Shown here piece after piece: positions 1 through 10,127 of a stretch of DNA of 64,000 bases. A program made the translations under genes and the position numbers. The DNA is from Spirochaetaceae bacterium (GTDB taxonomy: Bacteria; Spirochaetota; Spirochaetia; DSM-2461), in contig JBNAIG010000018.1 in the NCBI GenBank assembly GCA_050031985.1, forward strand, positions 28,781-92,780, written 5' to 3'. Under the pieces are notes generated by a model. The model was not told the DNA's origin. It saw nothing but the letters and a program-made list of their open reading frames with translations, and made no database searches. Numbering within the stretch: position 1 is the stretch's first letter; each line of letters starts with the position of its first letter.

Positions 1-1066
1 CCATGGTGACATCAATTTTATTGGGGTTGTAAAACTCATCGTTGAAAGTGATGACATTGTTGTGGATGTTGTTGTAATCTCCCCATTCGGGCCATTTATC
101 ATTTACTTCAAAGGCGTTTTCAAAGTACTCATTGCCATTTTGATCACCCCAGTTGTAGGCGCATTCGGCATAATTACCCTTAAAGTCGATAAAGCTCAGA
201 CCTCCGTTAAGGATGTCGGTCATTCCGGCGGCATCAAAGGTGTTTCCTATAATGTAGGCATAGGAGGAGCCCTCTTTTAAGTCGATGTGCTCGGCCGTAA
301 CGTTAGGCCCAATGGTGTTATTCAGAATCTGAACATAGTCGCACTCCTTAAGATAGGAGCCGCCGTTTTCGGGCCACTTTTTATAGTCCGAACCTACGTA
401 TACACCTTCTCCGTATTTAATGTTCTTATGGCCCGTATCGTGGACGAAGGAGTTTTTGATAATGGTGTAGCTGCTGCCGTCTCTCACATGAATGGCTTCC
501 TGGCCAATATCGTAGACTTCCACATTGTTAATAAGAGAGTAGTTGGAGTTATCCAGAATGATTCCCTGGTTTCCTGTCTTAAAGGTGATGTTTTCTACGG
601 CCACATAGTCTCCCGTTATATAGAGGACGTAGTCGCTCATGTTGCTGCTTCCCTGGAGAACCACCTCTTTATTCGATTCGTTTACGACCCAGATGGGATT
701 ATCCTTGGTACCGCTGGCGCTAATGTAGAAGTAGGCCTTTGAGCTGCCGCACTGGCTATTACTGCCCGTGTAGCTTCCCGGTTTAATGACAATCTTATCT
801 CCTGCCTTGGCATTTTTGAAGGCCGAATGGATCTCTTCGGTCGTTGTACAGCTTATGGTATTCAGTACACTGCCCGGAAGGTCCAGAGTCATTTCCGAAC
901 CGGTTGCTACGTAGCTTTCTGCATAACCGGTAGTCCGGTCGATTCCGCCGTTTGTGGCGATTTCTGCTGTTATAGATGAATCCTGCGAAGGATTTGCCGA
1001 TGATTCCGTTGTGGTGCAGCCCATTAGGGCTATCATTGTTAATAGGGGAAATATTATTCGTTTCAT
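1..1066 (-). CDS. Secreted lipoprotein with right-handed parallel beta-helix repeats (pectate-lyase-like), 5'-partial at the window edge (the gene continues beyond position 1)
   Basis: Reverse strand translates from ATG at 1066: MKRIIFPLLTMIALMGCTT... (lipobox-like signal peptide). Downstream repeated segments such as VVLQGSSNMSDYVLYITGDYVAVENITF / GIILDNSNYSLINNVEVYD / IHVRDGSSYTIIKNSFVHD are typical of beta-helix repeats. Not in the ORF track because no stop lies in the window. Confidence 0.5.
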   Translation of the reverse strand, partial: MKRIIFPLLTMIALMGCTTTESSANPSQDSSITAEIATNGGIDRTTGYAESYVATGSEMTLDLPGSVLNTISCTTTEEIHSAFKNAKAGDKIVIKPGSYTGSNSQCGSSKAYFYISASGTKDNPIWVVNESNKEVVLQGSSNMSDYVLYITGDYVAVENITFKTGNQGIILDNSNYSLINNVEVYDIGQEAIHVRDGSSYTIIKNSFVHDTGHKNIKYGEGVYVGSDYKKWPENGGSYLKECDYVQILNNTIGPNVTAEHIDLKEGSSYAYIIGNTFDAAGMTDILNGGLSFIDFKGNYAECAYNWGDQNGNEYFENAFEVNDKWPEWGDYNNIHNNVITFNDEFYNPNKIDVTM

Positions 1067-1086
1067 ATGCCTATCTTACTATATAT

Positions 1087-2445
1087 TTATATTTCGTTCA
1101 CGTAGTTCCGCACAAAAATGAAGTATAAAACTACAGCAATAAGAGCCGTTATGACATTTGAGAAAAACATAGTATACCAAACTCCGTATTCCCCAAGGGA
1201 GGTAAAGACATAGGAGCAGAGAAGCAGGCCGGGTATACGGAGGCCCCAAAGGCGGATCACATTGATGCTCATACTCATTCTCGTTCTTTGGAAGCCGTTG
1301 AATATCCCCGAAAGAGAGGTGAAGAGGCCCCAGGGAATCAGGGTCCATCCTACAAGGCGAACGTAGTGGATCGTATGGGTGATGATGACCTGGTCTCCCT
1401 TGGCCAGAAAGGTTCCCAGGGGACGAATGATAAACTGGATGCACACCGCTCCGACAGTTCCCACGGAAAGGGTGAAAATAACTCCTCTTCGGATTGTCTC
1501 CTTAATCCGGCTTCCCGATTTTTGCCCCCAATTCTGGGCTATCAGGGGCACGAAGGCCTGGCTTATTCCCGTGGTTGGTGAAAAGAAGAGGGAGTTAACC
1601 TGATTCCCTATGGCAAAGGCCGCCACAACCTGGTAACCGTAGGAGACGATAAAGGTATTAATGAGAAGAAAGCCGAATTGTACGCTGGCCTGTGAAAAGG
1701 AGAGGGGAAGCCCGACTGTGAGAAGTTCTTTCCAGGTCTTGAAGTCAGTTTTGGAAGAGAAGAAGTTCCACTTCAAGTCAAAGCCATGCTTTTCCGTTTG
1801 GTAGCGGAAGTAGATATAAAGGGCCTGCCCCGCCTGGGTAATAAGTGTGGCATAGGCCAGGCCTTCTATTCCCTTATTAAAGACGAAGAGAAAGAGGGCG
1901 TTTAGAGCCGTATTACCCAGAACACCCATAAGAGCGATTTTGGTGGTGATGGCCATTTTCCCCTGAGCTTTGTAGTAAGCCATATAGAGTTGGACGAAAA
2001 TGGCAAAGGGAATACTGTAGAAGCGGATTTGAGTGTAGACAGCCGATTCCCGGAGCATGTCCCCTTCGAGGCCCAGAATAGCCAGGATATTTTCGGAGAT
2101 AAAGAGGCCCAGGATACAAATCAGGGTTGTGATAGCAAGGGTCAGGGAGCGGAGCTGGGTGGCATAATGGGAGGCCTTTTTTTCGTTGTTTTCTCCCAGT
2201 AGTTTGGCAATGATGCTTACTCCTCCGTTGGAAAGTCCCAACCCCAGGGCCTGGAAAATGATAAAAAGGGGAGCCACAAAGGCCACTGAGGCGACCTGGA
2301 CACCGCCCAGGCGGGAGGCGAAGAGCATATCCACAAAGCTGTAGGAAGTTCTGAGAAGACCGGCGAGCATAACCGGAAGGGAAAGTCTCACCAAGAGCTT
2401 GTTGATAGGGTCGTTTAAAAGGTCCGGATTCATCTTTTCTTTCAT
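1087..2445 (-). CDS. MATE family multidrug/oligosaccharidyl-lipid efflux transporter
   Basis: ORF 1087..2655. The likely true start is MKEKMNPDLL at 2445 (or MNPDLL at 2433), giving a 12-TM protein of about 450 aa. The N-terminal LLRTSYSFVDMLFASRLG and overall hydrophobicity are MATE-like. A divergent AraC gene sits upstream. Confidence 0.8.
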   Translation of the reverse strand: MKEKMNPDLLNDPINKLLVRLSLPVMLAGLLRTSYSFVDMLFASRLGGVQVASVAFVAPLFIIFQALGLGLSNGGVSIIAKLLGENNEKKASHYATQLRSLTLAITTLICILGLFISENILAILGLEGDMLRESAVYTQIRFYSIPFAIFVQLYMAYYKAQGKMAITTKIALMGVLGNTALNALFLFVFNKGIEGLAYATLITQAGQALYIYFRYQTEKHGFDLKWNFFSSKTDFKTWKELLTVGLPLSFSQASVQFGFLLINTFIVSYGYQVVAAFAIGNQVNSLFFSPTTGISQAFVPLIAQNWGQKSGSRIKETIRRGVIFTLSVGTVGAVCIQFIIRPLGTFLAKGDQVIITHTIHYVRLVGWTLIPWGLFTSLSGIFNGFQRTRMSMSINVIRLWGLRIPGLLLCSYVFTSLGEYGVWYTMFFSNVITALIAVVLYFIFVRNYVNEI

Positions 2446-2520
2446 AGTAGGTAATATAATGCTTTTTTTACCCCCGATAAATGGCCTAATAGTGGGAGAA
2501 TATTGTAGAATAGTATTATA

Positions 2521-3549
2521 ATGGAAATAAAACGGAAAAGATCCATAGAACATTATCTCTCTGATCCCACCTTTTCCCGGTATTATTTTAGAAAACCTGT
2601 CTTCCGGTATTTTAATCCGGTCCTTGATGTGAGTTGGGAGAATCGGGATTATCATTTTTCCGTTGAGAGGCTTACTGTTCGCCGTTTTTCCGTGACCGAA
2701 GAGGAGACTTTCACCGATAAAAGGGTCTTTTACAACCGCTCCTACCGCTTGGTGTTATTTTTAAGTGGTTCTACCTATGCCTATGGGGAAAAGGAGACTA
2801 TCCTCTGTAACGAGACGACCCTGTTTCTTATGGGACCGGGTCAGCAAATCAGTTTTATGCCCAAGGGCCCGTCGGAATACTCTATTCTGGAATTCTATTT
2901 TGATTTGATTGATGATGAAAATAAGCCTCTGAATCTCCCCCTTGTTGATTATCTTTCTCTGTTGAGCGGGATGGAATTTGAGGCGGAGAAGGAGGTCTAC
3001 GGGATTAGCAAAACCCAGAATGAGGAGTTACACTTGCGTTTTAACGGGCTCTTCCCTCTTCTTCGGGCTATTGAATCTCCCGACGGGCTTATTGGGGATT
3101 CCCGTGAGAGACGGGCGGAGATGGGGGCGCGCGGTTTTCAACTGAATCGGCAGATTCTGGACATTTTTTCCTACCTCATTGATCATGCCCTGCAAAGAAA
3201 GCACCCCGTGCGGGAAAAAAGTGACCGTTTGGAACGGGTCATTCAGGTTATGACAGAGAATTATGCCCGGCCCTATACTATTTCCGATCTGGCGGAAATA
3301 GCCTGTCTTTCCAAACACTATTTTCAGAATCTCTTTAAGAAAAAGTATGCCATGACTCCGGGAGACTATTTGAACAGGATAAGGATACAGCAGGCTATGG
3401 TTCTACTGGAGAAAACCTCCCTTTCCTGTAAAGAGATTGCCCGGACTGTGGGCTATGCCGACGGGGCCTATTTTAGCAAGGTCTTTAAGAAGTATGCCGG
3501 AAGAGCCCCAGTGGAATACAGGACGTTTAGGGAAAACTTCCCTCTATAA
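2521..3549 (+). CDS. AraC family transcriptional regulator (cupin-like N-terminus with C-terminal double HTH)
   Basis: C-terminal ISDLAEIACLSKHYFQNLFKKKYAMTPGDYLNRIRIQQAMVLL...TVGYADGAYFSKVFKKYAGRAPVEYR is the AraC/XylS HTH signature. It is divergent from the MATE gene. Confidence 0.8.
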   Translation: MEIKRKRSIEHYLSDPTFSRYYFRKPVFRYFNPVLDVSWENRDYHFSVERLTVRRFSVTEEETFTDKRVFYNRSYRLVLFLSGSTYAYGEKETILCNETTLFLMGPGQQISFMPKGPSEYSILEFYFDLIDDENKPLNLPLVDYLSLLSGMEFEAEKEVYGISKTQNEELHLRFNGLFPLLRAIESPDGLIGDSRERRAEMGARGFQLNRQILDIFSYLIDHALQRKHPVREKSDRLERVIQVMTENYARPYTISDLAEIACLSKHYFQNLFKKKYAMTPGDYLNRIRIQQAMVLLEKTSLSCKEIARTVGYADGAYFSKVFKKYAGRAPVEYRTFRENFPL

Positions 3550-3613
3550 AGGGGCGAGGCGGATTAGACCGGGGAGCCCTCGGCAGACAGAGGGCTCCCG
3601 GTTAAGGGGGAAT

Positions 3614-4087
3614 TTATTTAAGCAGGTCCACGTTGATTTTGTAGAGAACCTTGGTAATTTCCGACTGGCCGTCCCGTTCGCAGCCCGGTCTGTGCAGGTC
3701 GGTGGGGAAGAAAATGCAGTAGTCCCCTTCATTCATATTAATAAAGGTTTCTCCCTTAAGGTCCTTATAGAAGATGACATCCTTTTCTTCCAGTTTGTCT
3801 TCCATTACGCTGTGGCTGCCGTCGGCCATAACGATACCCATTCTTTCCTTTCCTTTGAAGAGAAACTGGATGTCCAGGTATTTGGCGTGGGTTTCGGGCT
3901 TGGCGTCTTCCACCTGCTTGGTGGTCATGTGCTTAACATTGATAAACTGGTCGCTTCCTTCAACGGGGTAGTATTTACCATTCTCGTACTGACTAAAGTC
4001 GGTGCTCTTGAGAAACTCCAGAGCGTCCTTGAGTACCTGGGGGTAGAAGGCCGCAGCGAAATCGTGATTAATTGATGAGTAGATCAT
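3614..4087 (-). CDS. YhcH/YjgK/YiaL (EbgC/TabA-like, DUF386) family protein
   Basis: 157-aa protein, MIYSSINHDFAAAFYPQVLKDALEFL...GDYCIFFPTDLHRPG. The size and the C-terminal cupin-like motif are consistent with the DUF386 sugar-related family. Confidence 0.55.
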   Translation of the reverse strand: MIYSSINHDFAAAFYPQVLKDALEFLKSTDFSQYENGKYYPVEGSDQFINVKHMTTKQVEDAKPETHAKYLDIQFLFKGKERMGIVMADGSHSVMEDKLEEKDVIFYKDLKGETFINMNEGDYCIFFPTDLHRPGCERDGQSEITKVLYKINVDLLK

Positions 4088-4107
4088 ATTTATCCTCTTT
4101 GACTATT

Positions 4108-4126
4108 TTTGAAACGTTGTTTCAAA
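4108..4126. promoter_or_regulatory. 8-bp inverted repeat TTTGAAAC-GTT-GTTTCAAA, candidate operator upstream of the YhcH-like gene
   Basis: Perfect palindrome 21 nt upstream of the start of gene 3614..4087, in the 210-bp intergenic region shared with gene 4299. Confidence 0.35.
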
Positions 4127-4298
4127 TATAACGGAATGGTTAAAAAGAATCTATCCCGCCAAGGTATTTGTCGTAGAATTCGGGGGGACTGCGGAGTGGT
4201 TTAAGTGCTATGCTTTTGGCCCGGGAAAATGATGTATTATTAAAGTTTAGCTTTACAATTCTTCTTCGGGAACTATATTTGAAGTAAGGAGAAGAAAA

Positions 4299-4766
4299 AT
4301 GAAAAGAATTTTTACTCTTGTTTTATTGGCTTCAACCCTGTTCCTCTGGGCCCAGGAAGGGGAGTACGGTACGGCTCCCGGTAAGGGGAAGATCCTGATC
4401 GCCTTTGAGAAAACCCGTTTTAAATCCGCCCTGGTAGAAGGTCTGGTTGAGAAACTGGAAGGAGAAGGGTATTACCTGAACGTGGTAAACCATCAGAAAG
4501 ATGGATTGGAGGGAGTGAATCCCGCCGATTATGACGGGGTTTTTATTACCAACAGTGGTGTGACCGCCAAGGTAAGGCCGGTGGTCTCCGAATGGCTCGC
4601 CGAAAAAGGGCAGCCCGCCCATGTTCTGGTTCACACCACTCAACGGAATGACTGGACTCCCGCCGTGGAGGTGGACAGTATAACTTCCGCTTCTTTTAAA
4701 AAGCAGGATGACATAGACCGGCTGGTCGAAGAGTATGCCGCTTTGATCAAGGGACAGCTTCCTTGA
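4299..4766 (+). CDS. Small secreted protein of unknown function (signal peptide)
   Basis: MKRIFTLVLLASTLFLWAQ signal peptide. A good RBS (aaggagaag) lies 7 nt upstream. The stop overlaps the start of the downstream ferric-reductase-like gene. Confidence 0.5.
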   Translation: MKRIFTLVLLASTLFLWAQEGEYGTAPGKGKILIAFEKTRFKSALVEGLVEKLEGEGYYLNVVNHQKDGLEGVNPADYDGVFITNSGVTAKVRPVVSEWLAEKGQPAHVLVHTTQRNDWTPAVEVDSITSASFKKQDDIDRLVEEYAALIKGQLP

Positions 4767-6034
4767 GGCGTTTTGCCCTCCTCGCCGGGGGAATTCTTTT
4801 TCCCCTGGTACCCCTTCTTTTCTACTTCTACGGGAATTTCTATGATCTGACCGAGCCCTATTCTCTCTCCATGATATTCGGGCTTATTTCCTATGTTTAT
4901 TTCCATGAAGTACTCTTTATTGCCGGCCGGATCTCCTTTCTGGACAGGATCTTTGGGCAGGACCGGGTAATGGTGTACCATCGGTATCTGGTGGCGGCAG
5001 CTCTCGTCACCGCCTTCCTTCACAGGCAGATCAAAATGAGCGTATTTAGTTATTCCAGTGGGCAAATCCTGCTGGGAAGCCTGGCTTTTCTTGTTTTTGG
5101 AACTCTCTCTCTGGCCTCCCTCTTTATGGTTATTCCCAGTAGGCTGGGATTCCTTAAGAAAATCAGTCCCGATTATAATCTGATTAAAGGGCTCCATAAT
5201 CTTTTAGTCCTCGGACTATTCCTTATGTCTCTCCATGTCTTTTTTGCCTCCTCTACCTGGGAAACATCGTCCAGACTGATTCTTGCGATCCTCATTCCCC
5301 TTGTCTCTTTGGGAGCCTGGATAAATCTTAAGTTTGTCCGTCCCCTAAAAGGCTGGCAGAGAGGTCTTGTGGTAGGGGAAAACCGTGGGTTAAATGATTC
5401 CATACGGCAAATAGGCTTTAAGGGAAATCTTCCCTCATTCCGGGCGGGGCAGTTCGGTTTTTTTCGCTTTGTTGACCCGTCCCTGTCCCGGGAAGAGCAT
5501 CCCTTTAGCTTCTCCTCCGCTCCGGAAGAGGTGGGGGGCAGCATTACAGTCAAAGCTCTGGGCAATTATACCCGGTCCCTGGCTGATTTAAAGCCCGGTA
5601 CTCCGGTCGTGCTGGACGGTCCCTACGGCCGGTTCACTTTGGAACCCGATTCGGACAAGCCCTTGATAATGATAGCCGGGGGAATCGGCATAACTCCTTT
5701 TTATTCCCAGTTGAAGAGCGGCGAGTTAAGGAATGATCGGGAAGTACTGCTCATTTGGGCTGTGAAAAGACGGGAAGATTTGGTTTACGATGAAGAATTA
5801 ATCGGCCTTGCCCAAAAGAAGAATCTCACCTACCTCCCCCTCATCCGTCATGAAGAAGGGAAGGAAGTCCCTACAATTACGGCAGAATTCATCAAGAGTC
5901 ATCTGAATCAGCCCCCCCTTAATTATACGGCTTATTTTTGCGGTTCCCCGGTCATGTTCAAATCCTTAAAAAGGGAATGGAAAAAATTGGGGATATTACC
6001 GAGGGACGTCCATTACGAGAAATTTTCTCTTTAA
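4763..6034 (+). CDS. Ferric reductase-like transmembrane domain fused to FAD- and NAD(P)-binding oxidoreductase domains (bacterial NOX/FRE-like)
   Basis: N-terminal multi-TM region with conserved His residues. C-terminal RAGQFGFFRF...HPFSFSS (FAD-binding RxYS-like) and IAGGIGITPF (NAD-binding GGxGxxP) motifs. TTG start overlapping the upstream stop (TTGA). Confidence 0.7.
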   Translation: MRRFALLAGGILFPLVPLLFYFYGNFYDLTEPYSLSMIFGLISYVYFHEVLFIAGRISFLDRIFGQDRVMVYHRYLVAAALVTAFLHRQIKMSVFSYSSGQILLGSLAFLVFGTLSLASLFMVIPSRLGFLKKISPDYNLIKGLHNLLVLGLFLMSLHVFFASSTWETSSRLILAILIPLVSLGAWINLKFVRPLKGWQRGLVVGENRGLNDSIRQIGFKGNLPSFRAGQFGFFRFVDPSLSREEHPFSFSSAPEEVGGSITVKALGNYTRSLADLKPGTPVVLDGPYGRFTLEPDSDKPLIMIAGGIGITPFYSQLKSGELRNDREVLLIWAVKRREDLVYDEELIGLAQKKNLTYLPLIRHEEGKEVPTITAEFIKSHLNQPPLNYTAYFCGSPVMFKSLKREWKKLGILPRDVHYEKFSL

Positions 6035-6109
6035 TCATTATTATGGGAAAAGGGAAGCAATCTTCCCTATAATGTCTTAAAGTTAAAAATATCCCTAACG
6101 GAGTTCTCC

Positions 6110-7186
6110 ATGTTTTATAGTCTGATTATTCTATTTTTATCTCTTTTTTTGATAGTTTTTATTGTCCTGTACAGAAAGGAGTCTCGTCAAAAGAAGGAAT
6201 TAGAGATGCTCCTGGCGGAGCTTCAGGAAAAATCCTCCGAGGAACAGGAGCGTGTGGAATACGGGAATGACACAAAACTGATATACGAAAAAGCCATTGG
6301 TGCCAAGAACGGTTTTAATGAAATCCTTGATGGCGCAGCGGAGGTAGGTAAAATGACCGCCGAGAAAATGGCGGTGGTTGAAGAAGCGGCCGAGTCTGCG
6401 TCACATATTGTGGCGAGTGTGGAGCGTATCACCAGTGAAATGAGCCGTTATTCCGAGTCCTTTCAAAAATCCATTCCCCAATTACAGAGTTTTATTGAAA
6501 ACACTTCGGCCCTGAGGAATCAGTCTGAAGAGATGAGGAGCTGTTCTCTTTCCCTGCAGGATAAACTGACTCAAGGGGACCGGACCATAGATCAGACTGT
6601 GGAGTCTATTGATAAAATAGAGGAATCGGCCAAGGCCATTGAAGCGAGCCTGGGGGAAATCTCTTCCATAGCGGATCAAACGAATATTCTTGCCATGAAT
6701 GCCGCTATCCAGGCGGCCCATGCGGGAGAATCGGGGAAGGGGTTTGCCGTAGTGGCCGGAGAGGTAAGGAAACTGGCTTCCGATACGGGCGCCATGGTTA
6801 CGGCTATTACCGCTCTGATAAAGGACATTTCCGAACGGATTTCCACGGGCAAGGAGCTTTCGGAAAAGACCGAACGGATTTTTAGGGATATTTTACAGGG
6901 AATCGGAGAGTCTCACGAAATGATTGGAGCCATAGATAAGGATTTAGCCGGTCAGATGGTCCTGGCGGAGCGAATGATTCCCGAAGTTCAGGGATTCTCC
7001 CACAAAATGCATGAGCTGAATGAAATGGCTCTGGAAGAGAGTGGCAAATCGGATAGAATTGAGCAGGATATGGCAAAAATAGCCCAGACTTCCGAATCTA
7101 TCCATTTGGCGGAACAGGAGCTGATTCGGAAGGATTACGAAGTACTGGCCCTTATTGATGAATTGATTCATGAGGCCGAGGAGTAA
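6110..7186 (+). CDS. Methyl-accepting chemotaxis protein (single N-terminal TM, MCP signalling domain)
   Basis: Highly conserved MCP hairpin motif [39 protein letters not shown]. Confidence 0.85.
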   Translation: MFYSLIILFLSLFLIVFIVLYRKESRQKKELEMLLAELQEKSSEEQERVEYGNDTKLIYEKAIGAKNGFNEILDGAAEVGKMTAEKMAVVEEAAESASHIVASVERITSEMSRYSESFQKSIPQLQSFIENTSALRNQSEEMRSCSLSLQDKLTQGDRTIDQTVESIDKIEESAKAIEASLGEISSIADQTNILAMNAAIQAAHAGESGKGFAVVAGEVRKLASDTGAMVTAITALIKDISERISTGKELSEKTERIFRDILQGIGESHEMIGAIDKDLAGQMVLAERMIPEVQGFSHKMHELNEMALEESGKSDRIEQDMAKIAQTSESIHLAEQELIRKDYEVLALIDELIHEAEE

Positions 7187-7226
7187 CCATAGGTAAAAGG
7201 CAATTGACTTTCTCAAAGTAAACTAT

Positions 7227-8213
7227 ATGATGTTCTCAGGAGTACTAGCCATGAAATCAACCCTGTTCGGTATTGTCATATGTGTTGCTTTGGGGATCGT
7301 GTCCCGTTTTCTCGCCTCATTTCTCCCTTTGGGGCAGGTCATGACAGCCATTCTTCTGGGGATTGTTTTAGGGAACCTGATAACCCTTAATAAAGAGCAG
7401 AATAAGGGAGTTACCTTTTGTGAGAAAAAGCTCCTGCCCCTGGCTATCGCCCTCATGGGGTTCAATCTGGACTATAAGGTGGTGACCCAAATGGGGATTC
7501 CTATGGTAGTTATTATTATTCTCACAATTCTTATTACCATCGCCTCCGCCCTGGCTCTGGGGAAACTCTTTAGGATTGATCGGGAAATGAGCCTTTTTTG
7601 CGGAGTGGGAAACGCCTTTTGCGGCAGCTCTGCCATTGCGGCCGTTCAAAGCGTAACCGACGGGGACGAGGAGAAGGCGGGGGTATCTATTGCTCTGGTT
7701 AACCTTTTGGGGACTGTGGGGATGTTTGCCCTGCCCGCAGCGTTTCGTTTTCTGATTCAAGTCAGTGATTTTCAGGCCGGGGCTTTTATCGGGGCGGCTC
7801 TTCAGGCGGTAGGGCAAGTAACTGCGGCAGGATTCTCACTGAATGATAATATAGGAGAGGTTGCGGTAATTGTTAAAATGTGTCGTATTCTCATGCTCAC
7901 CCCCTTACTGCTTTTCCTGAACTTTTGGAAAGGAAACGGGGGAAAGCTGAGTGTTCCTCCCTACATCCTCTTTTTTATTCTCTTTTCTGTGGTGGCATCC
8001 TTCCGGTTCATCCCCCCGGGGCTTAAGGAGGGACTTCATTTTGCAGAAAAGGCTTTTCTTACGGTGGCCATGGCGGCGGTGGGAATGAAAACCTCCCTTA
8101 AAAATCTTTCCCGGGAGGGAGGGGATGCTTTATTAACCGGACTGGGCAGCTGGATGTGCCAGCTCTTCTTTCTCTCTTTTGCTTTTTTGTTTCTTGGGAA
8201 AGTGCTGTTTTAA
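7227..8213 (+). CDS. YeiH/UPF0324 family putative sulfate exporter (PSE) membrane protein
   Basis: 328-aa polytopic membrane protein. MKSTLFGIVICVALGIVSRFLASFLPLGQVMTAILLGIVLGNL N-terminus and GxG-rich helices are typical of the YeiH family. Confidence 0.7.
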   Translation: MMFSGVLAMKSTLFGIVICVALGIVSRFLASFLPLGQVMTAILLGIVLGNLITLNKEQNKGVTFCEKKLLPLAIALMGFNLDYKVVTQMGIPMVVIIILTILITIASALALGKLFRIDREMSLFCGVGNAFCGSSAIAAVQSVTDGDEEKAGVSIALVNLLGTVGMFALPAAFRFLIQVSDFQAGAFIGAALQAVGQVTAAGFSLNDNIGEVAVIVKMCRILMLTPLLLFLNFWKGNGGKLSVPPYILFFILFSVVASFRFIPPGLKEGLHFAEKAFLTVAMAAVGMKTSLKNLSREGGDALLTGLGSWMCQLFFLSFAFLFLGKVLF

Positions 8214-10000
8214 TGTAATGTTGATATGAGATTTCTCCCATCGTGCTTACTTTTGTAAAGGGCCATATCTGCTAATTTTAGTAGGTCACTCTGTTTTTGG
8301 TTCCTATCGGGTACCATCGTAGCAATTCCGATGCTAAGGGTTAGATTGGACGCGGCAGATGAATATTCATGGGGGATTTCAAGGTCTTCTATGGCTTGGG
8401 TGATGCGTTTTCCCACTTCAAGGGCTCCTTCCGAATCGGTATCGGGAAGTATGATTGTAAATTCTTCCCCTCCGTAACGGGCGACAAAATCATGGGGGCG
8501 TGAGACTGACTTCTGAAGGGCTTCGGCCACATCCCTTAAACAGTCGTCTCCAGCTTGATGTCCATAAGAATCATTATACTGTTTAAAATAGTCAATATCG
8601 CACATTAGGAGGGATATTTGATGCCTGCTGCGGGTGTGGTGCTTCCAGTGGTCCGATAGGTTGGCATCAAAGAAGCGGCGGTTATATAGTCCTGTCAGTC
8701 CATCGGTTTTACTTATCTCTTCCAATTCACGGTTGGCTTTTATAAGAGCTTCCGTTCTTTCTTCTACCTTTGTCTCCAGTTGGGTTGAATATTTTCGTTC
8801 CGCTTCCATCTTTTCGTTTTTTATTGTGTTGATACGGTCCGAGAGGGCTAGGGACAGGAGAAAAACTTCTAGAGTTGAGCCGATATGAGGTATGAATTCA
8901 AGCAGGGGGATATTGCCCAGGATACCCAGATTTCGGAAATTGAAAAGCACAGCGCTCAGGAGGAAAATCGTCCAGGCAAGGGTGTAGTAACGGGCGATCT
9001 TTAGTTTTTTTATCCAGGCATTGATGCCGGCTGATAAAAGAAAGACCGGCCCCAAGGTTGCGGAGAAGTACCAAACCGAATACATACCTGCCACATAGCC
9101 CGATGTGATGCTTAATATCAGTCCCAGGGCGCTTCCTGCAACGAGAAGAAGAATCAGTTTATCAATTATGGGAAGGCAGTTTTTCTTCGTATTTAGAAAG
9201 CTTCGGCAAAAAAGGCCGCCGAAGAGAAAGGTCAAGTTATAGAAAATAGGCTGTTCCAGGTTGGCCATAAGGGGAGAGTTAGGCCACAGGTACATGGTAT
9301 CCAGCCGGTTTGCTCCCATTAGGGCGAGGACAAATGAGGTAAGGTAAAGAACGTAAAAAAGATAATTCCGGTCCCTGAGAAAAATAAAAAGGAAGAAATT
9401 ATATAGAGCCATAGCTCCCATTATTCCAAAGTAAAGTCCCAGGAACCACTGCTCCCTGTTAATTTTTTCTGCGAGGGCGATCGGAGTTAAGAGATTCAGG
9501 GATATAAGTAAGTTTCCGGTGCTTTCGAAACGCATGTAGACGGTTGTTTCCGAGTGGGGTGGCAGTGACAACTCTCTGACAAAATTATGATATTTCATGC
9601 TGTTGTTCTGAAGAGGATAGTAGTCTCCGCCCGTTCCCTCAGCAACTATATTTTCGGAGCGATAGACATAGTATTGGATATGGTCGATGTGGCCATAGTC
9701 ATTTTCCAGAATCATCGTCTGCTCTTTATTGTGTGGATTCCCGATGGTGAAGGCTGTCCAGTAAGCTCCAGCTACACGGCCAAAGCTGGGTTTCTTTTCA
9801 TTAGACGGAGTTAGATCGCCTTGTTTATCGAGGGTAATAATATCGGCAATATCCAGAGTGCCTACTTCGTCGGACAGATAGCGGAGATGAAAACCGGGGA
9901 AATAGGTTGTCCCAATGTTATCAAGGATAATGGCGGAATCAGCATAGAGGAAAGCGGATGCGAAAAAGAGAAAGACAATTAACCTTTGCAATTTATTCAT
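8210..10000 (-). CDS. Diguanylate cyclase with periplasmic 7TMR-DISMED2 and 7TM (7TMR-DISM) sensor modules
   Basis: Signal peptide, about 170-aa periplasmic domain, 7 TM helices, then GGDEF domain: GLTGLYNRRFFD...LLMCDIDYFKQYNDSYGHQAGDDCL...RYGGEEFTIILPDT. Confidence 0.85.
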   Translation of the reverse strand: MNKLQRLIVFLFFASAFLYADSAIILDNIGTTYFPGFHLRYLSDEVGTLDIADIITLDKQGDLTPSNEKKPSFGRVAGAYWTAFTIGNPHNKEQTMILENDYGHIDHIQYYVYRSENIVAEGTGGDYYPLQNNSMKYHNFVRELSLPPHSETTVYMRFESTGNLLISLNLLTPIALAEKINREQWFLGLYFGIMGAMALYNFFLFIFLRDRNYLFYVLYLTSFVLALMGANRLDTMYLWPNSPLMANLEQPIFYNLTFLFGGLFCRSFLNTKKNCLPIIDKLILLLVAGSALGLILSITSGYVAGMYSVWYFSATLGPVFLLSAGINAWIKKLKIARYYTLAWTIFLLSAVLFNFRNLGILGNIPLLEFIPHIGSTLEVFLLSLALSDRINTIKNEKMEAERKYSTQLETKVEERTEALIKANRELEEISKTDGLTGLYNRRFFDANLSDHWKHHTRSRHQISLLMCDIDYFKQYNDSYGHQAGDDCLRDVAEALQKSVSRPHDFVARYGGEEFTIILPDTDSEGALEVGKRITQAIEDLEIPHEYSSAASNLTLSIGIATMVPDRNQKQSDLLKLADMALYKSKHDGRNLISTLH

Positions 10001-10127
10001 TTCAAACCTTACTTGCAGAATAGATTGTATTATTTTCTATTAATCTTAAGGGCTGGAAACAGAATTTACAATGGTTAATTACCATTTCCCCCTCCCCGGG
10101 TTGGGGAGAGGAATCTGGAAGGGAGTG

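Noticed and set aside
62-742. Plus-strand ORFs 62..280 and 287..742
   Set aside because: The minus strand here encodes a continuous beta-helix lipoprotein with a convincing signal peptide and start at 1066. The plus-strand frames are short and Val/Gly-rich.
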